This document shows, in pieces, positions 25,201-37,996 of a stretch of 64,000 nucleotides of DNA (position 1 is its first letter; the number at the start of each line of letters is the position of its first letter). Location: positions 458,914 through 522,913 of the forward strand of contig CAJINV010000023.1 in NCBI GenBank assembly GCA_905178155.1, read 5' to 3'. Under the pieces are notes generated by a model. That model saw only the letters and a program-made list of their open reading frames with translations. It ran no database searches and had not been told where the DNA came from. Made by a program: the position numbers and the translations under genes. This DNA comes from Amoebophrya sp. A120 (taxonomy: Eukaryota; Protista; Dinoflagellata).

Positions 25201-28200
25201 AGAGGCATCAATGATCATACAAAATATGCATGACAAGTCTGCATTCTTCCAGACCCAGACACTTTTGCATTTGATCTGTGCAACGGCAAGCTGATGTTTT
25301 CCGCCGTGTTTGCAAGGGTTATCAAATGTAAAAATGTCTGGGTCTGGAAGGATGCAAGGTTTGTCATGCAGGTTTTCCGTGACCCATGAGGTCTGGAATG
25401 CGAGACCCAGCATGACAGATTCTCTGAGGTCTCTCGCATGCCTTTCCTGCAGGAGAAACTCCCTCTCAACTTGGTCAAAAGCGGACAGCTTTTGGTATTG
25501 ACGCAACAAAGATTTTTGCATCATTCAGATCTAGCATGACAAGTTTTAATCTTCCAGACCCAGACATTTTTACAATCCATAAGGGTGTTGCTCAAGCAGA
25601 AGTTCTCCGAGGTCCAGTGGTTGGCCATTTTTCTGCTGCTCCTTTCCATCGTCATCTCGCAGATGATATCAAATGCAAATGCGTCTGGGTCTGGGACGAG
25701 ATTGCGAGATTTGTCATGCTAGTCTGGCATGACTCTGAACTCTGTATTGCGTGCCCGCGAAGGGGTCCTCTTGTCTGTAGTCATGCAAACACGCAATTTC
25801 TCATGCGGAGTGCGCAACTCTAAACCACGGAAAAACTTGTCGTGCTGAGGAGCGCATCACAGTGTTCTGACTATTCCCTCCCCTGCATCACAAGTTTCCA
25901 GACCCAGACATATTTGCAGTGCATAGATGAAATTTTTGCTCCAGATCGGCACCGAAACTTGCCCGCTGCAGCGGCTTCTGCGTGATATGGCGTTCTCAAA
26001 TGTTACATTCTCAACTGTTACATGAGTTTGTAATGCAAGGACGGCAAAAAGTGAATGGGGGAAGCTTGCGCCTTTTGCATTACAGATTTGGCACTGATTT
26101 ACATGCTGTTTAGCCCCTTCGGAGATTTGTCATGCGAAGCAGCTTAATGGTGGCGATCTTGGACTTGGTGGCAAATTTGCATGACAAATCATGTAAGAAT
26201 GTAGCATTTGAGAATCCCATACGTGAGGTGGATAATTTGGATCTTTTCTATAGTTCTGCTGCAGGAACTGGAACTGGAACTACACCATCATCAACGGACC
26301 ACGACCACGACCACATCGACAGTTCCTCTTATTTCCCGTTTTATTTTTCCCGCAATTTTTTCCATCCCCTTCACTCTTCCCTCGGGGAAGTTGTACATGA
26401 ACTAGCTCCATCATCAACGACAAGAAATCTCGACGTTCTTCAGAGTTCTTCTGTGGAGGTTGTCGTGCCCACAAGAACATCAATAAACCCCGCCGCTGCA
26501 CCAGCGCTCGCCTCTTCATCTTCTCTGATGTTGTCACCAGCAGTGGCACGACTAGCGGAAGGAGGTAGTTCTCTAATAACTGCAGCTACTACCGCCGGGA
26601 TCACAATGCTGGCAAACAGGAGTGCAGCACCCCGCCGTCTCCTGCCGACTACACGACAGCACGGCGAGCAGCCGGAAGGTACAAGTAAAACTACAAGTTT
26701 ATTTTCTGAGGAAATACAACCACTCAGCGGAGGTGGAACGACAGAAGAGGAGTTAGCTTGGTGGCCTTTCTTGGAGCTTGGTGGCCTTTCTTGGAGGGGT
26801 AGTCTGGTGGAGGCGTGCGCCCTGAACAAGAGGGCGGAGTGCCTCCGAAAAGTAGCGAGCTGGAATAAGCTTAAATGGCGAGCACGCCGCGAGACTCGCA
26901 CGTGCATGCGAAGTAGACAACTGGCACAGAAAGACTTTCGCTGCTTTGGCTGCAAGCACGTCCACGGCGCTACAAAGGTGCCGCACCTGTTGCCCGCGCG
27001 CGGGCGCTGTGTGAAGTTGCGGCCACCCTAGGTGGCCGCCTACGTTAAGGCGTGGCGCCGCGCCCCCCCCGGGGGACGCAGAGCGGCGCATTCACTTTGA
27101 ACAGCCGCCCTGGTCTGCAGAGAGTCAAAAGACTTGCAGACCATAAGCTTTAGGCCCCAGCTGGCTTCGCTCCTACTTTAAGACACAGGCACTGCGCGCA
27201 GGCGGGCGAACTGCATTGGGGGGGCGGTTCCGGTAGAGGTTCAGGGAGAGGGTCCGGGAGAGGGTCGGGGAGAGGGTCAGAGAGGTTCCGGGAGAGGGTC
27301 CGGGAAAGGTTCGGAGAGGGTCGCGAAGAGGGTCCGGGAGAGGGTCGGAGAGGTCCCGAGAGGGTCCGCCGAGAGGTAGAGTAGAGGTTCCCGGAGAGGG
27401 TCGCGGTAGAGGGTCGCATAGAGGGTCGCCCTATATTGTGGAACCTCTCCGACCCTCTATGCGACCCTCTACCGCGACCCTCTACTCTCATGATTGCCAA
27501 ACTCGTCATGATTGCTCTTTCCAAAAATGTCCGCCACTGTCGTTCCTCGCTGATGACCATGCCTTCCAATCCCCCTTTTTTTTATCCAACAAAAAGCTTT
27601 GTTTTGGGCTAGTCAGCTTGGACGCCAGGGCACAAGGAGACAGGTATAGTGACACAGCCGCCAAGACATAGCAGAGGCGAACGGAGTCGAAGACAGCGCC
27701 AGCCTCTTGGGTGCCCGCTTTCTTTGCGTAGCAAGATCGTGCGCACCCTGGCTGTGTCTTCCCAAGCGTGACGGGGTGGAGCGATTACGTACCTACGAGG
27801 ATGAGGAGCCTCGGCTTGCTAATACATCATTGCGGACGGCCCCGCATTGATGTCGGACAAGTCCCGAAGACGCATGTTGATCACGTTGAACCGCGGCGGA
27901 GGAGGAGATGAGCAGAGACCTAACTTAATCCTCCTTGAACACTAGGATCTGCACTACTTCTCTTTGCTTATGGTTTATAGTTGATCTCATACTAAAAAAA
28001 AGGTGGAACGACAGAAGAGGAGTTAGCTCGTGCCAAAGGTGGAGGACGTAGAAGAACTTCTTCTCCAGCCGGTGCAAAGAAACAAGGAGAAGAGGAGAAA
28101 TTTGATGAGCAGGTTTCTCCACGTTTTTATCAACTACCCTCGTCCTCCGCGACGAAGTGGAGCGAGACGAGCTCCAATAGTAAAAGTAAAACCAGGACGA

Positions 28201-31200
28201 GAGATGGTACGGCTAGCAGAACAACAGGAGAACAGCCGGGCAGCACAAAAAGCATCGGAGGTAGTAGAAGTACAGCGACGCTAATATCAAATAGCGTCGT
28301 CGACGAGGTGCAAGAACAGCCTGCAAATTATAACTCCTCGCCAGCTTTTGTCGGAGAAGATGTTGTATCAAGTGCAAAAGTATCGTACTCGTAGTAATTG
28401 CATTTATGCATTACAAATCTCTTTCTCAAGGTCAATCAGCATTGCAAATTCAATTTGTAATGCTGGGGGAATTTGTAATGCAATTTATACTAGTACGATG
28501 CTTTGCATTGCATATGTTGTTTCTGGGCGCCGCCGCGTAGCCGCGGAGGTATCAAATGCAAAAATGTCTGGGTCTGGAAGAATGCAACTTGTGATGCTGA
28601 ATTTGGATTCCAAAAAAATCTGTATTGCATGAGCAGCAAAGGGAATGTAATTTCTGCTACGCGGAGAGGGCATTTGTCATGCGGAATAGGCATTGCGAAG
28701 CCCTCAAAAAATCTGTGGTGCTAGGGCATGCATCACAGACATCATTGCCCATGCAAAACATGCATGACATTGTCATGACAAGTCTCAGAATCTTCCAGAC
28801 CCAGACACTTTTGCATTTGATAGGAGGACGCTGATGGCAAAGGTGAAAGTAAGGAGCATATTAAGCAGGATAAGAATCCCATGCAGGGAAAAAAGTGTTA
28901 ATACAGTTACACGTTTGCAATGCAGTTGAATGCAGCATCACAATAAGTTTGCCTCGCATGACGGAGAAAACTTGTAAAAATGCAGAGATCATAAGGCAAA
29001 GCTATACACACACGAAACGAGACTCGCAAGCATTTTGCGCATAACAGAGGTCGTCTGTCTATGTCTTGCGTGTTTTGCATACACTTCTACGTGTGTAGTA
29101 AGTGTAACATTTTTTTCTTTGCATAAATACTCAGCAGCAGGACCACGAGGTCGTCCACCACGGAGGTGCTGATGCACCGGACAACAGGCAAAAGCAAGAA
29201 CATATCATAACGCAGCTGCAGGAGCCATTAACAAAGAACTACGAGCAGGGACCCGGCGCCGGCCGCGACGGGAAAATAAAAAGTCCCGCCGGTTCCACCT
29301 CCCCGCGGGACGAAGATCGCGAGGAAGTTGCAAACTTGCTCTTGGGGCTTCCTCTCCTACTCGTTTCCACCGTTCTCTCCGGGTTCTATGCTGAGCAAAA
29401 ACGCGGCCCACGCCCCAGAGTCGAGTAGATCCGGGTTTTGCAACACAAATCCAGGAGTTTTGGGAGTGATGCATGACAAGTTTGTCTTTGTAGTGTAGTG
29501 CAGGCTAGCAAGCGCAAACGCATCACAAAGCCGTCTCCTTATCCTGTTTCGAGCATCAGAAATTCCAAAACACGATTGCAAGAAATGCTTCTCATGCAGA
29601 TGCGCCTTACAAATGTGCCGCTCATTGGAATTCTGCATTACAACTCTGGGCGGGCGGTGGTGGCGTTTTTACAAATGATAGGCTCGCGGGCATCCTCAAC
29701 GAGTGGCTATTGAAAGCGGTCGACGAGTATGACATGCTCATTTGTGTTGCATGACGAGCATGACAGACTCGGACAACATTCCACTTTCTGCAATACAAAT
29801 TTCGCCAGATACAACTTGTAGTGCGGTTTGGGACCACTCCGGAACTTGTCATGCGCAATCCTATCAGAGTTGGCTACATAATGCACCTCTTGCATCACAG
29901 ATTTCGATATTCTATGGTAACCGATTTGAGATTGTAACAGCACTTGAGCAGGTTATAACGAGGACGTGACTTTTTTGCGCAAAAATGTGTATACCTACCA
30001 GTGGGGCTGCCTCTTCAACTCCGGCGCGGCGGTCCTGCCCCTGCTTTACCAGGCTTGGGGTGCGTATGAACTGCAAAAGTATCGCACTCGTATTTTTGCA
30101 ATCATGCATGACAAATCGTTTTGTTACAGGTACATCCGCATTACAAATTTTGTTTCTCATGCGGAGAAAATTTGTAATGCATTTCTAGGAGTATCAGATA
30201 CTTTTGCAGTTCATAGTGCGGCCACATCAACAACTCCAGCATCTCCTGCAGCAATTCTATATCAAATGCAAAAATCCCTGGATGTCTGGAAGAGTGCTCG
30301 ACTTGTCATGCAGCTTTTCCATCACCCATGACGTCTGGAATGCAGGACCTAGCATGACAGATTCTGTGCGATCTCTCTCATGCCTATCCTGTCGATGAGA
30401 AACTCCCTCCCGACTTGGTCAACAAAACTGGACGACTTTTGGTAATCATGCAACACAGATTTTTGCATGCTTCAGATTTAGCATGACAAGTTGCATTCTT
30501 CCAGACATCCAGGGACTTTTACATTTGATATTCTAGTACCCGGTCGTAGTTCCCAGACTGGAGGACCTCCCGCGGCGGGTCGTGACCAAGAACCCGAGCA
30601 GGAGCTTCAGCCCTACTTAGTGAATTTACCCGGTACCGCGTGGCCCTACATTTTGACCAATGTCGCCCTGGGCCTCAGCGTGAGTGGCATCCTGATATGA
30701 ATTGCAAAAGTATCGTACTCGTATAAATGCATATACAAATTTCCTCAGCATGAGAAATAAAATTTGTAATGCAGATCTGCCTTGGGAACAAGATCTGTAA
30801 TGCAAGACTTGCATTTATACGAGTGCGATACTTTCGCACAGGATACCTGAAGTATTACGACAACATCGTGAAAAATTTCGCGAACGTCGGGGTGATGTTG
30901 CTGGTGAGCTTCGTCTATCAACTGCAAATAGGTCTGGGTTAACTGGAAGGATGCGAACTTGTCATGCACGTTTTGCATGAGCCATGATCGATCTGTGACG
31001 TAGTACGCCCTAGCATCAGAGAGTTTTTTAGGGCGTCCTCTTGATGCCTATCCCGCACTACAAATGCCCACCTCTTCGCGTATCAAGAGTTGGACTCCTT
31101 CTGCGGCTCATGCAATACAGATTTTTTTAGAATCCAAACCCAGCATCACAAGTTGCACTCTTCTAGACATCCAGGGATGCTTGCATTTGATATCGTCTCC

Positions 31201-31925
31201 TGGCTCGTGTTCGCGAAGAAAATTGACGCGGGCTTCGTGTTATATGAAAATGAAAAATCCCCCCTCCCCATACCGAAAGGGAGATTTGTGTAGCATGATT
31301 TGTGACCACAAATCATGTTGTCATGCTAGAAGGGAAGAGATGCGGATTGTAGTGCTGGCTGGCGTAGGAAAGCCTTGCGCCTTTAGCATGACACAAAGCA
31401 ACTGGAAACGGAAAACAGCATGACAAATTGCCTGCAAACGAGGGAGCAGCTGCGTCTCTTGGCCTTCTAGCAACACAATTCGATTTGTGTACTCAAATAC
31501 AGCAACACAAATTTCATTTTGGATATGGGGAGGGGGGATTTGTCCTCACAATATGTTAGGATTTTTAGTCTACACCGTGGCCAGCTACGAGTACGTCCGA
31601 TTCCCCGAGGATCCGGAAGCAGCGATGAAAAAAAATAGGAAAACCGACCACGAACCTGTCCCAACCGCCGAGGAGGCAGTCGACGAGGAGGAGGACGACA
31701 GCCAAGTAATAATATGAATTGCAAAACAAGTATCGTACTCGTCCTCGTCGTATAAATGCATTACAAATTATTTCCTCAGCACGAGAAATGGAATTCGTCA
31801 TGCTGATTTGCCTTGGCAACAAGATTTGTAATGCAAGTAGACTTGCATTTTTTATACGAGTGCGATACTTTTCTTGCACGGGATAAATAGAAGTGGACGT
31901 CGAGGACTCGGTATCCGACAAGTAG
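22202..31925 (+). CDS. SLC35A-family nucleotide-sugar transporter (CMP-sialic acid/UDP-Gal/UDP-GlcNAc-like) with a very large hydrophilic loop; one exon is interrupted by a 1.2-kb non-TIR insertion
   Basis: ATG 22202. Spliced: AVLAIEALKLAIC, GPALCYALQNNV, LCNGKLMFSAVFARVLLKQKFSEVQWLAIFLL, SGFAGILNEWLLK, LSVSGILKYYDNIVKNFA, GFVLGFLVYTVASYEY...DK* (TAG 31923-31925). Requires removal of 21 TIR elements plus 26759-28028, so it may be a disrupted allele. Confidence 0.8.
23217..24120 (-). mobile_element. Helitron-like H1 copy nested in an E introner
   Basis: Reverse complement of the same termini (CTAG..CGCCGGCGTCCAGGACGCCGGCG ... TTCTATTTTA) at the same CTCGTA|TAAATGC site. Confidence 0.8.
26759..28000 (+). 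mobile_element. 1.24-kb non-TIR insertion with an oligo-A tail and a 28-bp TSD (retroposition-like) inside a coding exon
   Basis: AGGTGGAACGACAGAAGAGGAGTTAGCT at 26731-26758 and 28001-28028; A7 at 27994-28000; 20-nt stutter at the 5' junction. Confidence 0.8.
28366..28514. mobile_element. Introner family E (TIR ~TATGMAYTGCAAAAGTATCGTACTCGTA), shortest family (~150 bp), representative copy
   Basis: TSD TGTTG. Others: 4519-4664, 5169-5319, 17177-17345, 30065-30215, 30696-30845, 31713-31885, 43110-43259, 50287-50441, 60826-60982, 61590-61738, 62328-62476. Copies expanded by nested inserts: 10330-11945, 13970-14625, 18520-20257, 23189-24241. Confidence 0.95.
29728..29957. mobile_element. Introner family I (TIR ~TATRACCTGCTCARG..GTTACAATCTCAAATCGGTTACCATA)
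   Basis: TSD ACGAG. Others: 40195-41417 (with nested insert, TSD TGGTC) and a truncated intergenic copy at ~35154-35395. Confidence 0.85.
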
Positions 31926-32517
31926 GAAAAGCTCGCTGTGTATCAAATGCAAAAATGTCTGGGTCTGCAAGGTTGGAATTTGTGATGCTAACTTTGGATG
32001 CTAAAAAAATCTGTATTGCATGACCAGCAAGAGGATCCCAGTTTATGCTACGCGGGGAGGGCATTTGTCATGCGGGGTAGGCATCAGGAAGGCCTCTAAA
32101 AATATGTGATGCTAGATCATGCATTACAGACATCTGAGTCATGCAAAATATGCATGACAAACCTGGAAAGCTTCCAGACCCAGACACTTTTGCAATGCAT
32201 ACTGTGGCTCCTGTGGCTTATATGACTAGCAGTTTTAACAACTGCAGCTGCACCCTTGAAAATGTATATAATATCTTCCTACTTCTACACAGAATAGTTG
32301 TGTATCAGGTAATATTCAATGTTGTAGCGGGAGGCTATACGGTAATCCGTATGCGGAATGGTTGATATTTAAAAAAATACAAAAAAAAGGCGCGCAAAAT
32401 AAATTATTTACAGCTTTCGGCAAATACAACTTTGTTGATGACCTGATATTCTTTCGCGACGTGTCAGGTTCCTGTTTTAAACGAGGAGGCAAAGTCCTCC
32501 CGGGTAGTTTTTCTCAG

Positions 32518-33465
32518 TCCTCCCGGGTAGTGTGCCCAACTCTGTGCCCGCCGTCCCACGTCACCGTCGCCCTGTGTTCAGGCGTTATTCGCGGTCCTTT
32601 GCGTACGTCTGCCCTGCTCCGGGCCGCGCACTTGTGGTTGACCCCGCGCCGAGGCCTATGCGGCACTACTAGTTCACTTCGGCCGCGTATTTGCGGTTGA
32701 CCCTGCGCAGAGGCCTAGACGGCGCCACTGGTTCACTTCAGCCGCACGGGCTCCATGAATGTGTTGCGGCTTGGGACGAAAGGACACCACGGCGAGCTCC
32801 CTGCCTGCGGCAGCGGGGCCGACTGCGCGGCGGGCCCCCGCTGCGTTTCCCCTGTTGCGGGCGCGGAGCGATGTACGCGACAAGAGCCCTTGCATGCGAG
32901 TGGGAAAGGAAGGCGGGGGACCCCGAACAACACGGGGGCCCCCCGCGACCAGGTGAAAAAGGCGGGGGGCCCCCTTGGGTACCAAAGGCGGAGGCCGGGG
33001 GCCCCCCGCGCGCGGGAGAGAAAGGCGTGGGGCCCCCTTGGGTGCCCCCGGCCTCCAAAGGTGGAGGCCGAGGGCCCCCTGCGGGCGGGAGAAATTTACC
33101 GCGGAGAAGGACGGGGCCCCCCCCGGCCTCCGGCGGGCGGCCCGGCTGGGAGAAGGGCGGGGGCCCCCTGCGGAGGCGGAAGCGCGGGGGCCCCCTGCGG
33201 ACGCGGGATGCCCAGCGGGCGGTAAGGCGGGACGGAGGCGGGGGCCCCCTGTTTCACCAGGCAGGCGGCCCGGGAGAAGGGCGGGGGCCCCCTGTGGAGG
33301 CGGAAGGGCGGGGCCCCCTGCGGACGCGGGATACGCAGCGGGTGAGAGGGCGGGAGGCGGGGGCCCCCTGCTTTCCCCGATGGTATGCGCGACACAAAAA
33401 TAGTAACACTCATCGTAGCATCGTGAATACAAATCTAGGCCTCAGCACGTACCGGCCTCTCTTTA
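32518..33465. mobile_element. GC-rich 0.95-kb insertion bracketed by a 41-bp direct duplication
   Basis: TTAAACGAGGAGGCAAAGTCCTCCCGGGTAGTTTTTCTCAG at 32477-32517 and 33466-33506; internal GGCGGGGGCCCCCTG repeats. Confidence 0.75.
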
Positions 33466-33857
33466 TTAAACGAGGAGGCAAAGTCCTCCCGGGTAGTTTT
33501 TCTCAGGTCTAAGCTGCAAACTGAATCTGTAGTGCCTCTGATTGATTTAGCCGCAGAGTAAGTATGTTTAATATTCTTGAAGTAGCGCTAGCGTCGTGGT
33601 GAGAAGAAAGCACAGCTTTCATTTTTCACCGGAAGAACGCCAACGACTTCCATTCAGAACAAACAAACAAAGGTCAGCAGTGATTGTTTCTTTACTGTTT
33701 AGTGAATTCATTTGAACATTTCATTTTCGGCAATTTTTTTGAGTGTAGTTGCGCAGTTGGATATTTATATTGTCATACATCTTGTTGTAGATGTTGAACT
33801 TCTTCTTCTACTCTCCGCGACTTTGGTGTAGTGAAATGCAAATGCTGGCAATAAAGG

Positions 33858-36800
33858 TAGAGAATTATATTGAAGAGATGTTGAAGGTCATCGTGCCCGA
33901 CATCACTGCGATGAAAGAGCGCCATCACTTCGCATCCGGTGTCTTTGCAAAGATCGGCCAGATTTGTGCATTCACAATCAGGAATTCAAGCACTTCGACT
34001 CATTTTCCCCTGCTGTATTCTGGGACTTTGTGAAACAGACCGCAGGTGGGTCGAAAACCCACTGTATACGAGTGGGGTGTGCGCATTATCTATACGGACT
34101 CGAGCCTGTCGATGCAGTTTTGCGCCATTGTAGATGGTCCGCGGAGGATTTACTCTGCTACTACAACCGTATGGCGCTGTAGCTCTTGGCCGAAATTATA
34201 TGCACTCTTCACTGCGGAGGTTTCCGCTATGAAGGCCTGTCAGGCTTTCTGTTCGCACTGTCTGTTCCACAAGCACAAATGGGTGTCTTTATGTGGTTTT
34301 TCTTCCTCTTCTTCTTGTGCTTCACCTATTCTTTTTGTTCGCACCAACGGGCCTTGCTTCCTCCGTCACCGGGGTTGTCAATTTTGGTCTGACGACCCAC
34401 GTTCGTTTGCTCGGCCCGTTGTTGCTTCAGACAGATTTTGTTTTATAAAAGTTATGGTTTGTGTGATGAAGAAAGCGCAACGAGCCTAGCGAAGCGGCTC
34501 CTGGTGGTTTTGCGCGAACACAAAGCGCGTTTTTATAAAATTAAAGCCTCCTACCCGTTGTCGTTGTTGGTCCCGGGAAGACCCAAAACTCGAGGCCGTC
34601 GGTCGATTCGATGTCATTGATGATTTTTTTTGTCCCGCCCGTCCCTTCCCTGTCTTACTTTCTTTCGTCCTTTCTGCCTGAAGCAAAACCTCCTCCCGCG
34701 GGAGGAGGGGGGTTGTCAATTTTGGTCTGACGACCCACGTTCGTTTGCTCGGCCCGTTGTTGCTTCAGACAGATTTTGTTTTATAAAATAGAGAATTATA
34801 TTGAAGAGATGTTGAAGGTCATCGTGCCCGACATGTTTATTTTCGCCCGTCTGGCTGGTGAAAATGGAGACTTTGATTCGAGATTTTGTTTTTGTCCAGA
34901 GTTCGCCGTGCGCGTCAACAGTTATGACCCATCTTATCAAAGAAAAAAAGTTGGTTCGTCACGATCACTCATGCGCATTCTTGCAATACAAAATTGTTTG
35001 TCATGCGTAAAAATGCATCACAGCCAAACTTTATTAGGAATTTCCCTAGTGTTTCTGCAATACGAGGAAAGTTTGTGATGCTGAGAAAATTTGTAATGCA
35101 AAGCCTGCAAGTTAGTGACTGTGACAAACTTTTTTCTCTCCATAGACAACGTATATGACCTGCTCAAACGTTACATTCTCAAATCGGTTACCATAGAATC
35201 TGGAATTTGTGTTGGATGATGAGCATGACAGACGCGCAGACCCTTCCACTTTCTGCAATACAAATTTTGCCAGATTCTAGTGCAGATTTGGACTCCAGAA
35301 CTTGTCATGCGCAATCCTGTGGGAGTAGGGTAGATCATGCACTTCTTGCAGCACAGATTTCCATATTCTATTGTAGCGTTTGATGAGATTGTAGAGGTAG
35401 AGAATTATATTGAAGAGATGTTGAAGGTCATCGTGCCCGACATGTTTATTTTCGCCCGTCTGGCTGGTGAAAATGGAGACTTTGATTCGAGATTTTGTTT
35501 TTGTCCAGAGTTCGCCGTGCGCGTCAACAGGATGGAGACCTGATGGCGGGGCTTTGCAAGCCTTGTAGCGGCGCTCGGAAGGGGCGTGGCGGGCATGGTG
35601 CCGAAGGTGCGGAGGCCACTATTATGAAAGAGGGCGCCATAGCATCGCGATTCGTGATTTTCCATTGTTCTTGAGCATACCGTCGCGCTTGGCCGATTTC
35701 GGCTCCTGAAGGGGGTCAATCCGGGACCTCCTTTTTGGCCTCCCCCGAGAGCCGGAACCACGACGGTATGCTGGATCTCGATAGAGGTCCTTTTTGAAGG
35801 GTTTCGGCGATTCAAAAGGACCTCATTTGAGTCGCCGAATTGCAAAGCCGTGGAATTTGTATTTTCCGCCTTACATTCTATTCAAAAAGTGCCGCGATCA
35901 GCTCTTTTTGTGCAGGTTTTTGGCGGATACGCGGCGGCACGCGGCTGATGCACGACGCCAAAGCTGAAGAAATACAGGCGGAGCCCCGTGCTGTTGCTCA
36001 ATAAACTTTGGCGGCCAGAAGAAAAGGGCCACGAACAAAAAGGCAGCCAGCCAGAGACGAGGGTCTTCCACTGGTGGGGGGACCGGCAAACGCTGCCCCA
36101 CCGATCACAGGCACCTACAGGAAAGGCGCAGAAGCTGCCGTCGGGTGGGCTCAAGTGGAGATATAGCACATTGTAAGCCCGGCCAAGGCGGCATGCTCAG
36201 CAGCGCACTTGGAAAGTTGCCAAAAGTCCGCACCGCTAGCACCGGGCCCCTGGGTAGCATAGCGGCGCAAGCGTCATGTGCTTTTATTCGGTGGCGCTGC
36301 GCCATGTTTGGCAATGCGGCCGCAGCGCGTCGTGTTTTTCCCTCTCCCGGTGGCAACGCCCGTAGCCCAAACTGAAATCGGCCACGCCGCCTTCCATCCT
36401 CCACAAGAGGTCTGGCGGACTTTTCGTGGCCCGCAACCAAACGATATGACGAGAGTAGCCCGCAACCAAACGAAAAAGCAAAACGGATGACGAGAGTGGC
36501 GCGGCATTGTTTCGGGGTTGGGGCCCCCACTACACAACGGCGGGCGCGTTTTTCGTCGCTAGGCTTTCGGCCCCTTATTCTTTGTATCTATGCGAGAAAA
36601 ACCGCGCAGGAGACAACGCCACCTAGGCGGCGGCAGAATAATGGGCCGCGCGTTGGCGCCACTCTGACTAGCTCCGGTTGGGGACGGCCCTGCTTTTTTA
36701 GGTGCATAGCCCGTCGCCTCTCTGCCGCCGCTCACGTGAAGCCGCTATTTCCGACAGCGGTTGCGCCTACGTTTTGGGGCCAAGTAGTGGAGGGTGTGGG

Positions 36801-37996
36801 CCTGAGAGGCATCTGTTGGATCGCCTACTCTGTTGGCCCTTGCTTCTTCAAATGCTTCGGGTTTATGAATGCAGGCGCTCGCCTTACACTTAGTTTTATT
36901 GCGTTCACATATTCCAAGTCAACTAGTTCAAGTTGAGATCGGCCTAGCGATTTCATTGGGTGCTCTTTTTTGGCGACGTTCCGGCGACCGTGAAAAATAT
37001 CAAAAATCATGACAAAAAGTGGCGGCTTTTATTTGGAAATCAAATGGTCAATGAAAGAAGATAAAAAATTTTTGAATCCGCTAACTTTGAATCGCTCAGT
37101 CCATCTCATATTCGAGATTTTGTTTTTGTCCAAAGTTCGCCGTGCGGGTCAACAGTTATGATCCATCTATGGGGTTACGAAGATGCTTTTGGTTAACTCA
37201 AAGTTAAGGGATTTATTTCTTACCTTTCCGGATTGATATGCGAAAACCGAATTTCTCGGGTGATTGTAGTGGAGCGAAAAATAAGAAGAAACGGCTCCAA
37301 AAATGCACGGGCTGCTCAGCAAGGTTGTATGGAGCCGCCCCATATCTTCAGCGCGGAAACATGGCTACGCGACGCGGGTTTGTTGGTTTACAACGCCAGC
37401 CCAAGGGCCCAAAGTGGTGACCCATGTTGCCGTGGCGCCGATCGGGGCCGCGGTAGAAGCGCGTGCCCGCATCGCACCCGGCCACGAATGCAAACGGGCG
37501 AGCCGCCAGTTTACATCCCCGGGCGGAACGCGTCCGCGTGCGGCGCATCTGTGCGCGCACATAAAAACAAGCGCCCCCATATGAGCCACCACGGCAGGCT
37601 GCGCAATTCGGTGGCAGCCCCGGCAAAGTAAGTGGCCCCGCGCTCGGTCGTCGGTGTGCACTCAGTTGCGCGCGCGCCGGGCATTAGACAAGCAAAAAGG
37701 CCCATACCTACCTGCGCGCCGGCGCAAAGGGCGGGGCGACCGATCCGGCGCTCCAGAGCAAACAAAAGAGCAGGGGGGCCAGCGCTCTGGCAGATCCCTC
37801 TGCCGCCCGCCTGGCAACGGGCGGCGCCCCCACGCCTCCGTCGCCTGCGGGGCACGGCCGATGGGGCTCAACAATATCAATACTGGGCCCAAGCCCGGGC
37901 GCCGGGCCCCTTCCAGAGCCCAAGCCCAAGCGCCGGGCGTCGAGATTTTGTTTTTGTCCAAAGTTCGCTGTGCGCGTCAACAGTTATGATCCATCT
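33858..37996. repeat. Intergenic hotspot 1: backbone with interleaved 46-133 bp direct duplications separated by unrelated inserts
   Basis: TAGAGAATTATATT...CCCGACAT at 33858, 34789, 35398; an 80-mer at 34371-34450 and 34709-34788; TCGAGATTTTGTTTTTGTCC...CCATCT at 34878, 35487 (partial), 37112, 37940. Confidence 0.85.

Noticed and set aside
32674-33512. 250-270 aa Pro/Gly/Ala/Arg-rich ORFs (also 55356-56430, 23495-24004, 19623-20191)
   Set aside because: They are open only because GC-rich satellites lack stop codons, and they overlap in several frames on both strands.
33791-35543. Repeated peptide VENYIEEMLKVIVPD as a gene family
   Set aside because: It arises from the DNA duplications of hotspot 1; the reconstructed backbone ORF is short and has no recognisable domain.
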